This document shows positions 36,802 through 47,159 of a DNA stretch of 64,000 nt, in pieces. The notes under the pieces are model-generated. The model made no database searches. It saw nothing but the letters and a program-made list of their open reading frames with translations, and was not told the DNA's origin. Where the stretch lies: NCBI GenBank assembly GCA_038128225.1, contig JAYPJF010000001.1, positions 2,155 through 66,154 on the forward strand. The letters run 5' to 3'. The position numbers and the translations under genes are program-made. This DNA is from a bacterium. GTDB lineage: Bacteria; Patescibacteriota; Minisyncoccia; Phycocordibacterales; UBA2100. How positions within the stretch are numbered: position 1 is the first letter of the stretch; every line of letters starts with the position of its first letter.

Positions 36802-37497
36802 TTAGTTTATGTCGTAGACCACGTCTTTGCGCTCAACCACTACTTTCCACTCATTGCGGCGGGCGTGCCGATACAGTTTTTGATTAGGATTGAAACAGAT
36901 GGGGGTTTGTACCATTTCAAGAAACGGAATGTCTGATTCGGTATCACCAACGCCAATCGAGTGCGTAAGTGAAAATGTTTCTTTTTCAATCACCCGCTTT
37001 ATAATATTCGCTTTGTTCGCAATAATATGCTCATCAACCACCTCTCCTGTAAATCGGTCGTGTGGCCCGAGCGCAAACACCGTGCCGTATACCTTATGAA
37101 ACCCTAGGCGAGGGCAGAAAAAATCAAGGATGGTTTTTGGGGAATGCGAAATTGCAAGCAGATAGTAATCGCGCTCTGCCAGATCGGTGAGCATGTCTCG
37201 TGTATACCGATATACTCGCTTCCATTGCGTGTCGACTACCTGCTCTGCAATGTCTGCAAACTCTGCATATGCCACACCTTTAAGATGTTTGCGAAACGTG
37301 CGCACCATCGCATCGACATACGCTTGATAATCGCCCTCCCGCTCCAACCATTTTTTATGTTCGCGCTCATACGCACGCCGCGCTTCTTGCGGAAACAAAC
37401 CGGCATCGATCAGGGCTTCCGTAAGTTGTATAAAAAGACTCGAGCGAAAGATAGTGCCGTCGACATCAAATATCGCAAGCCGCCGTTTTTGTTCCAC
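36802..37497 (-). CDS. HAD-superfamily hydrolase (subfamily IB-like)
   Basis: DVDGT motif I (LAIFDVDGTIF) and downstream HAD motifs (GVGDTESD). Confidence 0.7.
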   Translation of the reverse strand: MEQKRRLAIFDVDGTIFRSSLFIQLTEALIDAGLFPQEARRAYEREHKKWLEREGDYQAYVDAMVRTFRKHLKGVAYAEFADIAEQVVDTQWKRVYRYTRDMLTDLAERDYYLLAISHSPKTILDFFCPRLGFHKVYGTVFALGPHDRFTGEVVDEHIIANKANIIKRVIEKETFSLTHSIGVGDTESDIPFLEMVQTPICFNPNQKLYRHARRNEWKVVVERKDVVYDIN

Positions 37498-37516
37498 ACA
37501 GCCATCCTAGCAAGAT

Positions 37517-38245
37517 TCAAATCTTTGGCCACCGCCTCGCTGCCGGTGGCCATAGTTTTGTCAGCGGATGAGCAGCGCACTCATGTTTGCGTGCCGGGCA
37601 TACGTACCGCCCATAGAGAACTAGGCCGTTATTGACATACTTCCAATCTTTTTTTGGCACCAACGCCTCAAGATCTTTTGAGATTTTTTTAAGATCAGTA
37701 TGGGCACTAAGGGCAAAACGGTGTGCGAAGCGCTTCACATGGGTATCGGTGGGGATCCCCTCCCAACTATCGAATAGTTCCCCAATAATGACATGCGCTG
37801 TTTTATACCCCACCCCGGGGAGTTTTTGTAGTTCAGTAGCTGTTTTTGGCACGCGGCCAGCATGCTCGCGTGTCACTTTCTGCGCCGCCGAAATGATGTG
37901 GCGCGCTTTGTTACGGAAAAATGGAATGGACGATATCTCGCGGTCAAACACTTTGGGGTTAGCGTCTCCAAAACACGAGGGCTTTTTATACTTTTTGAAA
38001 AGTTCTTGCGTCACTTTATTTACTGCCTTGTCGGTACATTGTGCAGATAACACAACGGCCACCAAAAACTGGAACGGTGTTTTGTAGCGCAATTCACTTT
38101 TAGGAATTGGGTATGCTTTTTTCAAATAGGCAACAATGCGTCGCGCCCGTATTTTTTGTTCGTGAGACACGCAGCAAGTGTACCACTCATGTGCACTTGA
38201 CTTGAATCGTCTGAGCGACTGCGTATCCTTCAGACAGGCAATCAT
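37517..38245 (-). CDS. nth: endonuclease III family HhH-GPD glycosylase
   Basis: LVAVVLSAQCTDKAVNKVT and LPGVGYKTAHVI motifs; C-terminal Cys cluster partly divergent. Confidence 0.7.
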   Translation of the reverse strand: MIACLKDTQSLRRFKSSAHEWYTCCVSHEQKIRARRIVAYLKKAYPIPKSELRYKTPFQFLVAVVLSAQCTDKAVNKVTQELFKKYKKPSCFGDANPKVFDREISSIPFFRNKARHIISAAQKVTREHAGRVPKTATELQKLPGVGYKTAHVIIGELFDSWEGIPTDTHVKRFAHRFALSAHTDLKKISKDLEALVPKKDWKYVNNGLVLYGRYVCPARKHECAAHPLTKLWPPAARRWPKI

Positions 38246-38257
38246 AAGGAGCTTGCC

Positions 38258-38704
38258 ATGAACGCCTTGCTTGGAAACCGTTTTTTTGCCGCATTACAAG
38301 AGGGTCATGCGGTGACATGCCCTTTTTCATGCGAAGCGCCTGTCGAATGGTACCGAAAAAACCAGGTCAAAAAAGTACCTGAGCATATACGTGGCGTTGT
38401 TGCATTACTTGGAAATATGCGCACTGAATCACCGTACCGGGTTGGCGAAGAGGGTTTTGACGATTATGTAACATATAAAAGTTTTGTTGAAATCCTAGTA
38501 TGCGGAGCAATTGGCGCGCCACCCCACACCAACATAGGTTTCTATGCGGAATGGGACATGGTCGTGGTGCTCCCTCAAGATCAGAGTGTGTGTACTGTGC
38601 GTAGAGCCGCGGCCGCTGTCGCGGCCTCGTTTTCTTTTTTATTCAAGCTTTTCGATTCGCAATCCAACGAGTCTAAGCGCTTTATTGCGTGGATTTTCTC
38701 TTGA
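38258..38704 (+). CDS. hypothetical protein
   Basis: AAGGAG RBS before ATG; 3-prime end overlaps dinB convergently by 66 nt; no family recognised. Confidence 0.4.
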   Translation: MNALLGNRFFAALQEGHAVTCPFSCEAPVEWYRKNQVKKVPEHIRGVVALLGNMRTESPYRVGEEGFDDYVTYKSFVEILVCGAIGAPPHTNIGFYAEWDMVVVLPQDQSVCTVRRAAAAVAASFSFLFKLFDSQSNESKRFIAWIFS

Positions 38705-39733
38705 TTCAAGAAACGACAGGATCAACTTGATCGCCTTGAGCTCTAGCTCTCGAAGCGTACCGCGCGGTTCCGACAACGTCAGCGACCGACTTACCGTTGT
38801 AAAATCAGAAAAACGCACGGTAAGCACCACGGTTTTGAATGACGTGAATCCTTCACGCGCAAAGGTACGCATAATGCGGCGCGCTTGATCCATCAGAACC
38901 TCTTGGATGTCTTGCAGGTTACGCGTATCCGTCTCAAAAGTATGATGCCGCCCAATCGAGAGCGGAGCTTCATGTTCCGCAACAACAGCGCGGTCGTCAA
39001 TTGCCCGCAATCGTTCATACAGAGAAAAGCCCCACTTCCCGAACATGCGACGCGCATCCTGCCATGCAAGCGCTTTTGCATCATGTACCGTTTTGAAACC
39101 TTTTTGTTTTAAGCGGGCCGCTGTTTTCGGTCCAATACCGGGAATTTCCTGGAGTGGAAGCGGGTCTAAAAACCGCTCGGCAGCACGAGTTGTTACGATC
39201 GTAAGACCGTTGGGCTTTTGTGTTCCTGCCGCTATTTTTGCAATGAGTTTATTTGGGCCGATACCGATCGATGCGGTCAGGCCACAGGTATCTCGAATAT
39301 CTTTCCTCAGAACTTCCGCAAGCCTGCGCGCCTGCGTATATGAACCTGTAAATGAAAGGTCTAGATACGCTTCATCAACACTTACCTGCTCAAGTACGCG
39401 CACGTGTTTACGAACCAGGGCAAAAACTTCCTGTGACGCTTTACTGTAACTGTGCATACCTGGTGTCACAAACACACACGCGGGATAACCAGCACAGCGT
39501 GCCGACTCACACAATTTCCAAGCTTTCGAAATTGGCATCGCGCTTCTTACGCCGTAGCGACGTGCGGCATAGCTCGCCGTAGAAACCACACCACGACCCC
39601 TACCGCCCTGCGGGTCGGATCCAACTATAATAGGCGCGCCTTTAAGATACGGCTTTTCACGCTCTTCGACAGACGCAAAAAAGGCGTCAAGATCTATATG
39701 TCCAATAATACGCACGCTGCTAGCGTACCTCAT
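38639..39733 (-). CDS. dinB: DNA polymerase IV (Y-family)
   Basis: IIGHIDLDAFFASVEE N-terminal motif and Y-family palm/finger/little-finger domains. Confidence 0.9.
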   Translation of the reverse strand: MRYASSVRIIGHIDLDAFFASVEEREKPYLKGAPIIVGSDPQGGRGRGVVSTASYAARRYGVRSAMPISKAWKLCESARCAGYPACVFVTPGMHSYSKASQEVFALVRKHVRVLEQVSVDEAYLDLSFTGSYTQARRLAEVLRKDIRDTCGLTASIGIGPNKLIAKIAAGTQKPNGLTIVTTRAAERFLDPLPLQEIPGIGPKTAARLKQKGFKTVHDAKALAWQDARRMFGKWGFSLYERLRAIDDRAVVAEHEAPLSIGRHHTFETDTRNLQDIQEVLMDQARRIMRTFAREGFTSFKTVVLTVRFSDFTTVSRSLTLSEPRGTLRELELKAIKLILSFLESRENPRNKALRLVGLRIEKLE

Positions 39734-40172
39734 CAGCAGACATCACCAAAATCCCACTCGAATCACGTCGCCATAAAGCAAACGCGACAAAAAATAGTCC
39801 AAATGTGGTTCCAGCCGAGACAAGACAATACACGCACCACGCACCAATTAAAAAAGCTTGTACGTACAGAAAGTAGAGTGAGAAGAGAATGCCAACGCAT
39901 GACCATCCGAAGAAAAACAAACGCGTACGGTTACTATATGAGCTAAAGAGTAGCGCTGTTGCACATACCATGCCACCAAAAAATATCGCGCCAAGTAGCG
40001 AAAGCGGTACCCCAAATAGTACCGAGTGCGGACTATTTGCGACAATATTACACCCTTCGAGAATGTCGCACACCAAAGGAGTCCCACTCACGCGTTTCGC
40101 ATACAAAAACGTCGCGTCTGCAAGCCCAATGAAGCTTAAAAGCACTCCTGTCGTGCGCAACCAAAAATCCAT
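39720..40172 (-). CDS. vitamin K epoxide reductase (VKOR) family membrane protein
   Basis: 4-5 TM helices, loop Cys pair and active-site CxxC (AWCVYC). Confidence 0.7.
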   Translation of the reverse strand: MDFWLRTTGVLLSFIGLADATFLYAKRVSGTPLVCDILEGCNIVANSPHSVLFGVPLSLLGAIFFGGMVCATALLFSSYSNRTRLFFFGWSCVGILFSLYFLYVQAFLIGAWCVYCLVSAGTTFGLFFVAFALWRRDSSGILVMSADEVR

Positions 40173-40190
40173 GCTCCTATTGTAGCCAAT

Positions 40191-41414
40191 TTAAAGGATA
40201 AAAGAACCGTCGCGATACACGATTTGTTGCGTTCCATTTTTCAAGTGGGCCGTTACGGTGCGCGGCGCAGTCGAAATGATGTCCGTGTGAACCGCCGAAT
40301 CATTGAACCCCAACTTCACCCAATCTGCTTTTTTTAGTTTCGCAGGATCACCCACAAGGGTATCTTTGTATGCCATGCCAAGTGCAATGTGTGTATTGCC
40401 TTGAGGTCCACCCATATTTTCGTCAAAAAGCGTATTCGCCATGAATTTCGTAATGCGAGAATGCCGTTTATCAGTGAGTGAAAACTCCCCAATTTTGTCA
40501 GCACCGGGAGTTGCGATCATTGCTTTAAGTACATGCTCATTCTGTTTTGCAGATGCGCGTATCACTTTTCCTTTTTTGAATTCGAGTTCGATACCTTCGA
40601 TCAAATTGCCGTATCGATACAATGGTTGATTGAATTTAATCCACCCTTCGGTACCACGCCAATCCGGTGATGTGAACAACTCAAAACTGGGAATGTTTCT
40701 TCCACCACCACCGAGCCACTGGCGCTTCTCACCAAGCGAGATCCACAAATCTACATCTACTCCCTCCACATGCAGGCGGTCGACTTTTTTCGATAGCGCG
40801 TTCATCTTCTTGCGTTGGGCGTCAATTTCCTTTTGAAATACTTTCCATTTCGCAACTGGGTCTGTTTCGTCGAGATAGCACGCCTTGATGATTTGTTGCC
40901 AATACTCTTCTTCGGTGAGGCGCGCCTCTTTTGCCATCGCTGGTGTGCCATAGAGACAGAGTGACCACGTGAGTTTTCCTTGATTTTCTTTTTCAGTGCG
41001 CCACTCCATAAACGGTTTTACCGCCTTCCCTTTTTCCATAATCTTCTTAGGATCCACACCTTTGAGTTCGTGTGGGTTCGCGTCCGCGATGATATAGAGA
41101 TAGTGGTCAATTTCATCGACTAAACCTCGCATGTACTTTTTTGGAAAATGCTTGAGTTGGTGGGGTTTTGCGCGCTCATAAAAGTCGCGAGAGACTTGGT
41201 AGCGATCAGAACTTGCGGGCATGTAATTAGTTATCACGTGACCGCCGGCATCCAAGATTTCGTTGCGAATAGCGATAAACAATGGCTTCGCATCCTCAGT
41301 TGACACAAGATACACTGTATCGCCTGACTTGATTCCGTTTCCTCCCCCAAGGGCAAAGCGCACCATAACCTTGGCGTATCGTTTTAATATTTGTTCGCTT
41401 GGTGTATAGATCAT
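40191..41414 (-). CDS. M29 family aminopeptidase (AmpS/PepS-like)
   Basis: Architecture and motifs of thermophilic metalloprotease M29; start set at Met37 (MIYTPSEQILKRYAKV). Confidence 0.7.
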   Translation of the reverse strand: MIYTPSEQILKRYAKVMVRFALGGGNGIKSGDTVYLVSTEDAKPLFIAIRNEILDAGGHVITNYMPASSDRYQVSRDFYERAKPHQLKHFPKKYMRGLVDEIDHYLYIIADANPHELKGVDPKKIMEKGKAVKPFMEWRTEKENQGKLTWSLCLYGTPAMAKEARLTEEEYWQQIIKACYLDETDPVAKWKVFQKEIDAQRKKMNALSKKVDRLHVEGVDVDLWISLGEKRQWLGGGGRNIPSFELFTSPDWRGTEGWIKFNQPLYRYGNLIEGIELEFKKGKVIRASAKQNEHVLKAMIATPGADKIGEFSLTDKRHSRITKFMANTLFDENMGGPQGNTHIALGMAYKDTLVGDPAKLKKADWVKLGFNDSAVHTDIISTAPRTVTAHLKNGTQQIVYRDGSFIL

Positions 41415-41496
41415 GCGGGGATTATACACATAGTTGCATTTCACGAAAGCGCAGCGTATGGTGCGTATTAGCATGAACAACACGTAGGAGGTTGAG

Positions 41497-41823
41497 ATGC
41501 CCCGTGCGTTTCGAATCATCATGGCGCTACTTGTGGTGTTGGCGGCGCTGTGTTTCTACATAGCTTTTTTCCTCACAGAAGCGCGCGCGCACAGCTGGTA
41601 CGATCCGGAATGTTGCAGCGGTAAAGATTGCCGCCCCGCCAAAGACGTGGTCGTGAGAGACGACGGGAGTATCGTTATCACTACCGAAGATGGCATATCG
41701 GTGATCGTGCCACCTTCTTTGCCTCGGCGTCAATCGCACGACAACAAATGGCACGTGTGTCCGTATCCTTCGTCAGAATTGGTACTTCGCGCGCGGTGTG
41801 TCTACGAGCCCGGAAATGTATGA
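41497..41823 (+). CDS. hypothetical small Cys-rich membrane-anchored/secreted protein
   Basis: GGAGG RBS; N-terminal TM; CCSGKDC and CPYP...C motifs. Confidence 0.55.
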   Translation: MPRAFRIIMALLVVLAALCFYIAFFLTEARAHSWYDPECCSGKDCRPAKDVVVRDDGSIVITTEDGISVIVPPSLPRRQSHDNKWHVCPYPSSELVLRARCVYEPGNV

Positions 41824-41868
41824 TCTCGAGCGCCCCAGCAAATCCGCTGGGGCGCGTACTATACATAC

Positions 41869-42579
41869 CTATCGCAATTTAAATGTCGCACGAGCAGTTA
41901 CCATGACATCTTTCTCTATTGAAGACGTGTCGTATTGCCCATAGTCTGCTACTTCGATTGAGTTGGGGGCGAGTACTTGCACTACCCCGCTTGATGCCTG
42001 CTGCATTTTCCCCACATTCTGGCCAAGCGCACCGGCGATCTCATCAGCGCGTTTCTTTGCATCTTTAACAGCCTCGCCCAACAAACGCACGCGTAATTCG
42101 GGCAAATTTGACACATAAAACTCTGGCGCCTGTGGCGAGAATGAAACGCCTTGCTGCGCAAGTACCAAAGTATTTTGGGACATAGTGTTCACGCGAGAAA
42201 CATCAGGACTCGTGACCGTCACATTCTGCCGCACTGCAAGACGACGTCCATTGTCGTAGTTACCTCCGTAGTACTCATCAACAAAAATCGGGGAAACAAC
42301 AATTTGTTCGGGCGTCACGCCATTGTCAGCCAAAAATTTCTTTATACGCGCCGTATCAGCTGCTACCTGGCTATACGCGCCAGAGACTCCACCTTCGTAC
42401 ACCACACGCTCAGCGCGGAGCGTCCACTTTGCAGTATCTGCCTGCACCCGTTCTTTTGCAGACCCGGTCGCTGACAATGTATCTGTAGAACGCGCTGCAT
42501 AAAAGGTCCAAGAGCCAATAATCGAAGACAGTACCAATGCGCCTCCCAAGATCCATGCCCCCACATGAGTTTTTTCCAT
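41869..42579 (-). CDS. SIMPL domain (DUF541) protein
   Basis: N-terminal TM plus SIMPL motifs (LLGEAVKDAKKRADEIAGALGQNVG). Confidence 0.75.
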   Translation of the reverse strand: MEKTHVGAWILGGALVLSSIIGSWTFYAARSTDTLSATGSAKERVQADTAKWTLRAERVVYEGGVSGAYSQVAADTARIKKFLADNGVTPEQIVVSPIFVDEYYGGNYDNGRRLAVRQNVTVTSPDVSRVNTMSQNTLVLAQQGVSFSPQAPEFYVSNLPELRVRLLGEAVKDAKKRADEIAGALGQNVGKMQQASSGVVQVLAPNSIEVADYGQYDTSSIEKDVMVTARATFKLR

Positions 42580-42628
42580 GCCGCCAGTATATCTCTGGTT
42601 TTAGATTTGTCAGCAGTATACTAGGCTC

Positions 42629-44089
42629 GTGTCTCGTATAATTCTATTTACTGCCATAGTAATTTTTGTGCTGTTTTTAGTTATTAGTACGTGGCTTACG
42701 CTGCCAAAGCACTACATTGTTACGCGTACTGAAACTGGGTTTTCTCCGAAAGAGCTGCACATCCAAAAAGGCGACTTGATCACATTCACATCAACGCGTG
42801 CTATTCCGTATTGGCCAGCATCAGACTACCACCCAAGTCACGGTCGCTACCCTGCATTTGACCCTGGGCACGAACTTGGCCCTGATGAAACATGGACTTT
42901 CGTTTTCGACAAAGCCGGAGTTTGGAGCATGCACGACCATCTTGATGCAACTGTTACGGGCACAATTTTTGTTCTCGGTGATGAAGGCGAAAGTATCGCA
43001 TCGTGTCTCGAAACCAACACCGACACTCTGCGAGAAGTGTGTTGGGAGGGCGAACTTAAAGTAGCGATTGAGCGCGGCGGTCTCGCCGAAGGTTTTAGAA
43101 AATTTTCAGCATGGTACGCGAACGACCCACAGTTTCAGAGAAATTGTCACGATATAGGACACGTCTTGGGAAAAGTTGCCTATGCGCAATTCAAAGAAAC
43201 TGGCATCAGTGTTGTCGAGCCAGAAACTACGTACTGTGGCTACGGTTTCTATCATGGTTTTATAGAAGCCGCGACTCAAAGTACGGGGGCTTTCGACTTG
43301 AAAGAAGCTGTTGACTATTGTTATGCGCTTGCGGAGAATCCCAAAATTACAAATAAAATCGTCGCACACAATATTTCTGGCGCATGCTTCCATGGTCTTG
43401 GTCATGCGGTATTTGATTCAGTGAACAGTTCTTTGTGGGGAGATGACCGCGCCATGGTGCACTCGTCGCTCCAAGCATGTGAGAATGCGATTGGTAAGGA
43501 ATGGGAGCGCGGCCGGTGTGCTTCTGGCGTTTTTAATTCGCTTGCCGGCGCATACAGTGACCGTGCGTACAAACTCGATTTCAATGATTCAGAACCTCTT
43601 CGTGCCTGCACCGCAGGATCACTCGATTACCACAGCGAGTGTTCGCAAGAAATAGGTATCGGTTACGTGCGCGATAGAAATAAAACCATCGAGGAGAGCC
43701 TCGACTTCTTTGCTCGTATCGGGATTGCCTCCTCGACACTCGACACTATCAACGCATACATGGGCGACGAAATTCGTCGCAATCGATCTCGAACTGATTT
43801 CAGCATACAAGCGTATGTTACTGTATGCGAGCATATTCGTGACTATGAACAGGCGCGGTCCTGCGTACAGGGACTCGTCGAGGGTTTCTCATTAAGTTCG
43901 CCTGCGGGTGAAGAAACAACACATACACTGGACTCGTGTGTACTGTATACAAATAGCGCCCTCCGTTCTTTTTGTTTTAATGAAGCGGGCACTGAGGTCG
44001 AAGCATACCGCGGACGTGCTGCGTTACCAGAGTGGTGCGCAACGCTCAGCGCAGCAGATAGAACTGCAGTTACCGTGTGCGCTCTGTAA
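42629..44089 (+). CDS. hypothetical membrane-anchored protein: cupredoxin-like (Cys-less) domain plus novel Cys/His-rich repeat domain
   Basis: N-terminal TM. Cupredoxin-like beta-sandwich signature ending WSMHDHLDATVTGTIFV without the Cu-ligand Cys. Then repeated C-x-H-[DG]-x-G-H-x-x-G-like units (NCHDIGHVLG, CGYGFYHGF, CFHGLGHAVF, CASGVFNSLAGAY) and more than 15 further Cys. Confidence 0.6.
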   Translation: MSRIILFTAIVIFVLFLVISTWLTLPKHYIVTRTETGFSPKELHIQKGDLITFTSTRAIPYWPASDYHPSHGRYPAFDPGHELGPDETWTFVFDKAGVWSMHDHLDATVTGTIFVLGDEGESIASCLETNTDTLREVCWEGELKVAIERGGLAEGFRKFSAWYANDPQFQRNCHDIGHVLGKVAYAQFKETGISVVEPETTYCGYGFYHGFIEAATQSTGAFDLKEAVDYCYALAENPKITNKIVAHNISGACFHGLGHAVFDSVNSSLWGDDRAMVHSSLQACENAIGKEWERGRCASGVFNSLAGAYSDRAYKLDFNDSEPLRACTAGSLDYHSECSQEIGIGYVRDRNKTIEESLDFFARIGIASSTLDTINAYMGDEIRRNRSRTDFSIQAYVTVCEHIRDYEQARSCVQGLVEGFSLSSPAGEETTHTLDSCVLYTNSALRSFCFNEAGTEVEAYRGRAALPEWCATLSAADRTAVTVCAL

Positions 44090-44480
44090 CGTCAGTGGTT
44101 ACACCGTCAAAGTGTTCGTCATCACTCTCCGCTTCCGCTCTAGTCGCGTGCCACACCTGATCACGATGATGTGGCGGCGAGTAGAGTGTATATAATTTCA
44201 AGTCACTCGTTCCGGTGTTTACAATGTTATGCTCGGTCCCTGCCGGAATTATAATAACCGAGTCATCAGCGAGTGCGTATTCTTTCGCATTGAGAATTGC
44301 TTTTCCTTCTCCTCGTTCAATCCGAATAAACTGATCTGTATCTTCGTGTGTTTCCATACCAATCTCCCCACCAACGGGGATACTCATCACCACTAATTGT
44401 GTGTGGCGCGCAGTATACAGTACTTTGCGAAACAAGTTATTTTCAAGCGTTTCCTTCTGGATGTTAGCAACATAACCCAT
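44070..44480 (-). CDS. cupin domain protein
   Basis: Cupin motifs G(X)5HXH... (GGEIGMETHEDTDQFIRIERGEG) and second motif (IPAGTEHNIVN). Confidence 0.75.
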   Translation of the reverse strand: MGYVANIQKETLENNLFRKVLYTARHTQLVVMSIPVGGEIGMETHEDTDQFIRIERGEGKAILNAKEYALADDSVIIIPAGTEHNIVNTGTSDLKLYTLYSPPHHRDQVWHATRAEAESDDEHFDGVTTDVTERTR

Positions 44481-44544
44481 GACCTAAGTATAAGCTGCCT
44501 AGAAAATTTTCAAAACACCAATGGCAGTGCATCGGTTTCTGTTT

Positions 44545-45285
44545 TTACTCTGCCCAGCATTTAATAGCCTGTATCGATTCGTCCTCAAGAAAATCTCCTG
44601 AACGCTGCTGCTCTGTTGCCCATGCGGTTACCAAAGCGTCTTTACTAAACGTACCGATTTTTTTATCACTCGCAATCCTCTCATATGCGCGTAGAGATAT
44701 CGCCCTAAGCCATCTCGAAAAAATTTCATGCGAGGGAAAGATGGCGAATAAGTTACACTCATACTTTTCCTTGAGAATTCGCGCGCAGTGTATCGCTTCA
44801 GCCCACGCGTTCCGTTCATGATGGATTAACTCTTGAACCGCCCGTGCGGACATGTTCTGTACCAAAGATTCGCCGAGGCTTTCCCACCATTCCATATCCT
44901 TATACACAATGTCGTGTTCTTTGCGTTTTTCTTGTGACATTTTCCTCCACCTTATTATGTGCCCAATTTCATGCAGGATAACAAAAATGTATCTCTTGTC
45001 TGCAGCTGCTTCCATTTTTATGCGCACCAGAGCTTGATTCACTTTTGCCGCCGTTGAACTACCAGAAACAAAGGTTATGTCCCCAAAAACTTGACTTAAA
45101 TCTATACACACCTGCTTTGAATCAAATAATGTAATCGATAGCGATTCTTCTTTAGTGGCTTCCGAATCTGTATTTTGACTTATGAGCAGCTTCCACTCCG
45201 GTGTAAGATTTTGCTCATAAATAACTGGGGACTTTTCAGCTAGATCACGCCTCGACACCTTCTCAAGCATGCGCTGATTATACAC
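44545..45285 (-). CDS. hypothetical HExxH-motif protein (putative zinc metallopeptidase-like)
   Basis: ILHEIGHII with downstream Glu; no other recognised domain. Confidence 0.5.
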   Translation of the reverse strand: MYNQRMLEKVSRRDLAEKSPVIYEQNLTPEWKLLISQNTDSEATKEESLSITLFDSKQVCIDLSQVFGDITFVSGSSTAAKVNQALVRIKMEAAADKRYIFVILHEIGHIIRWRKMSQEKRKEHDIVYKDMEWWESLGESLVQNMSARAVQELIHHERNAWAEAIHCARILKEKYECNLFAIFPSHEIFSRWLRAISLRAYERIASDKKIGTFSKDALVTAWATEQQRSGDFLEDESIQAIKCWAE

Positions 45286-45287
45286 GT

Positions 45288-47075
45288 CTAGTTCGTACGG
45301 CGTGCTTTTGCGCGATCGTTCTCGGTAAGATACTGCTTGCGTAGCCGCACGCTCTTCGGTGTTATTTCTAAATACTCGTCTTCAGCCATAACTTCCAGTC
45401 CCCGCTCAATCGTCAGCTCATAAGGCGGTACCAACACAATTGCATCATCAGATCCTGATGCGCGCATGTTGCTAAGTTGTTTTGCTTTAGTAGGATTGAC
45501 CGTCATTTCTTCACCTTTTGACGTGTTCCCCACAACCATACCTTCATACACTTCAACACCGGGGCCAATGTACATAATCCCGCGTTCTTGGAGATTCCAT
45601 AACGCAAACCCAAGCGCCTTGCCAGACATCATGGAAATCATTGAACCCGTCTGCCGCTTCGTAATTGTTCCCTCAAAGTGTTTGAATCCAACTACGCGAC
45701 TTGCCATGATTCCCTCTCCTTTTGTATCAATAACAAACTGATTCCGATACCCTAAAAGTCCCCGAGTCGGGCCTTCAAACGTGAGTCGCACCGTCTCATG
45801 TTGGACCAAATTTGAAAGCACAAACCCGCGCTGCCCCAGTCGCTCGATGATTGTGCCCTGGTACTCCGAAGGGGTATCGATAATGACTTCCTCGAAAGGC
45901 TCGATGGTAACACCGTTTTCTTCTTTGGTGATTACTTGCGGCTGCGAGACCTGCACTTCATATCCTTCACGGCGCATATTTTCAAGCAGAATAGCAACAT
46001 GTAGCTCGCCACGCCCTGAAACTTTAAAGATATCGTTGCTAGAAAAATCGACGCGCAGCCCCACGTTTATTTCTAATTCTCGCTCCAAACGCTCCCGAAT
46101 CTGTCGCGTGGTTACATATTTTCCATCGCGCCCAGCAAACGGCGAGTTGTTAACCAGAAAATACAGAGAGATTGTCGGTTCGTCTACGGCAATTGCAGGC
46201 AATGGTTCCACGTCAGCCTGCGCTGCGATCGTTTCGCCAATTTCCACATCAGAAATTCCGGCAATCATAACAATGTCACCCGCGGTCGCGTTTTTTGTTT
46301 CAATACGCCCTAGCCCTTCAAACGTAAACATTTTGGTAAGTCTCCCTTGGCGTACTTCGCCCAAAGGTTTCCGTATAATGACTGGTGCAGTATCCGTAAG
46401 TGTACCTTCGTATATGCGTGCTACCGCCATGCGCCCGAGAAAATTGTCATACGCGAGATTGAATGGTTGCATGCGCAGCGGCTTCTCCGCAGCGCCTTGT
46501 GCTGACGCAACAGGAACTTTTTCTAGAATCATGTCGAGAAGCGGCGTCAGATCTTTCGAATCATCCGTGAGCGCTCGTTTCGCTATACCCTCGCGGCCAA
46601 TTGCATACACAACAGGAAATTCACACTGTTCATTATTTGCACCAAGTTCCAAGAAAAGTTCCAACACCTGCTCTTCACAGCGCGCGGGGTCCGCTGCCGG
46701 CTTGTCTATCTTATTGATAACAACGATCGGCTTGAGCCCGAGCTCGAGAGATTTTTTGAGCACGAAACGCGTCTGCGGCATTGGCCCCTCTTGCGCGTCC
46801 ACCACCAGAAGCACTGAATCAATCGAGCGGAGTACGCGCTCCACTTCTGAACCAAAGTCGGCGTGGCCAGGCGTGTCAACAATGTTTATCTTAGTCCCTT
46901 TGTACATCACCGCGGCGTTTTTTGCGTAAATGGTGATGCCCCGCTCTTGTTCGAGTTTGTTCGAATCCATCGAAACCCCAACCTCTGCCGCACCCGTCTG
47001 CCGCAAAATGGCATCGGTGAGCGTTGTCTTCCCGTGGTCAACGTGGGCAATAATGGCGATGTTGCGGATTTCCAT
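45288..47075 (-). CDS. typA: translational GTPase TypA/BipA
   Basis: [19 protein letters not shown]; EF-G-like domain order; start at Met19 of the ORF. Confidence 0.9.
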   Translation of the reverse strand: MEIRNIAIIAHVDHGKTTLTDAILRQTGAAEVGVSMDSNKLEQERGITIYAKNAAVMYKGTKINIVDTPGHADFGSEVERVLRSIDSVLLVVDAQEGPMPQTRFVLKKSLELGLKPIVVINKIDKPAADPARCEEQVLELFLELGANNEQCEFPVVYAIGREGIAKRALTDDSKDLTPLLDMILEKVPVASAQGAAEKPLRMQPFNLAYDNFLGRMAVARIYEGTLTDTAPVIIRKPLGEVRQGRLTKMFTFEGLGRIETKNATAGDIVMIAGISDVEIGETIAAQADVEPLPAIAVDEPTISLYFLVNNSPFAGRDGKYVTTRQIRERLERELEINVGLRVDFSSNDIFKVSGRGELHVAILLENMRREGYEVQVSQPQVITKEENGVTIEPFEEVIIDTPSEYQGTIIERLGQRGFVLSNLVQHETVRLTFEGPTRGLLGYRNQFVIDTKGEGIMASRVVGFKHFEGTITKRQTGSMISMMSGKALGFALWNLQERGIMYIGPGVEVYEGMVVGNTSKGEEMTVNPTKAKQLSNMRASGSDDAIVLVPPYELTIERGLEVMAEDEYLEITPKSVRLRKQYLTENDRAKARRTN

Positions 47076-47159
47076 ATAAAAAGCCTCGCGCGCGAGGCAA
47101 GTTGCACCATAGTACTCCAGAATCGTCAAAATACAACGGTTAACAAAATCAACACCCTC

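Noticed and set aside
45781-46929. 382-aa plus ORF
   Set aside because: Antisense to typA; Ser-rich; no initiation signals.
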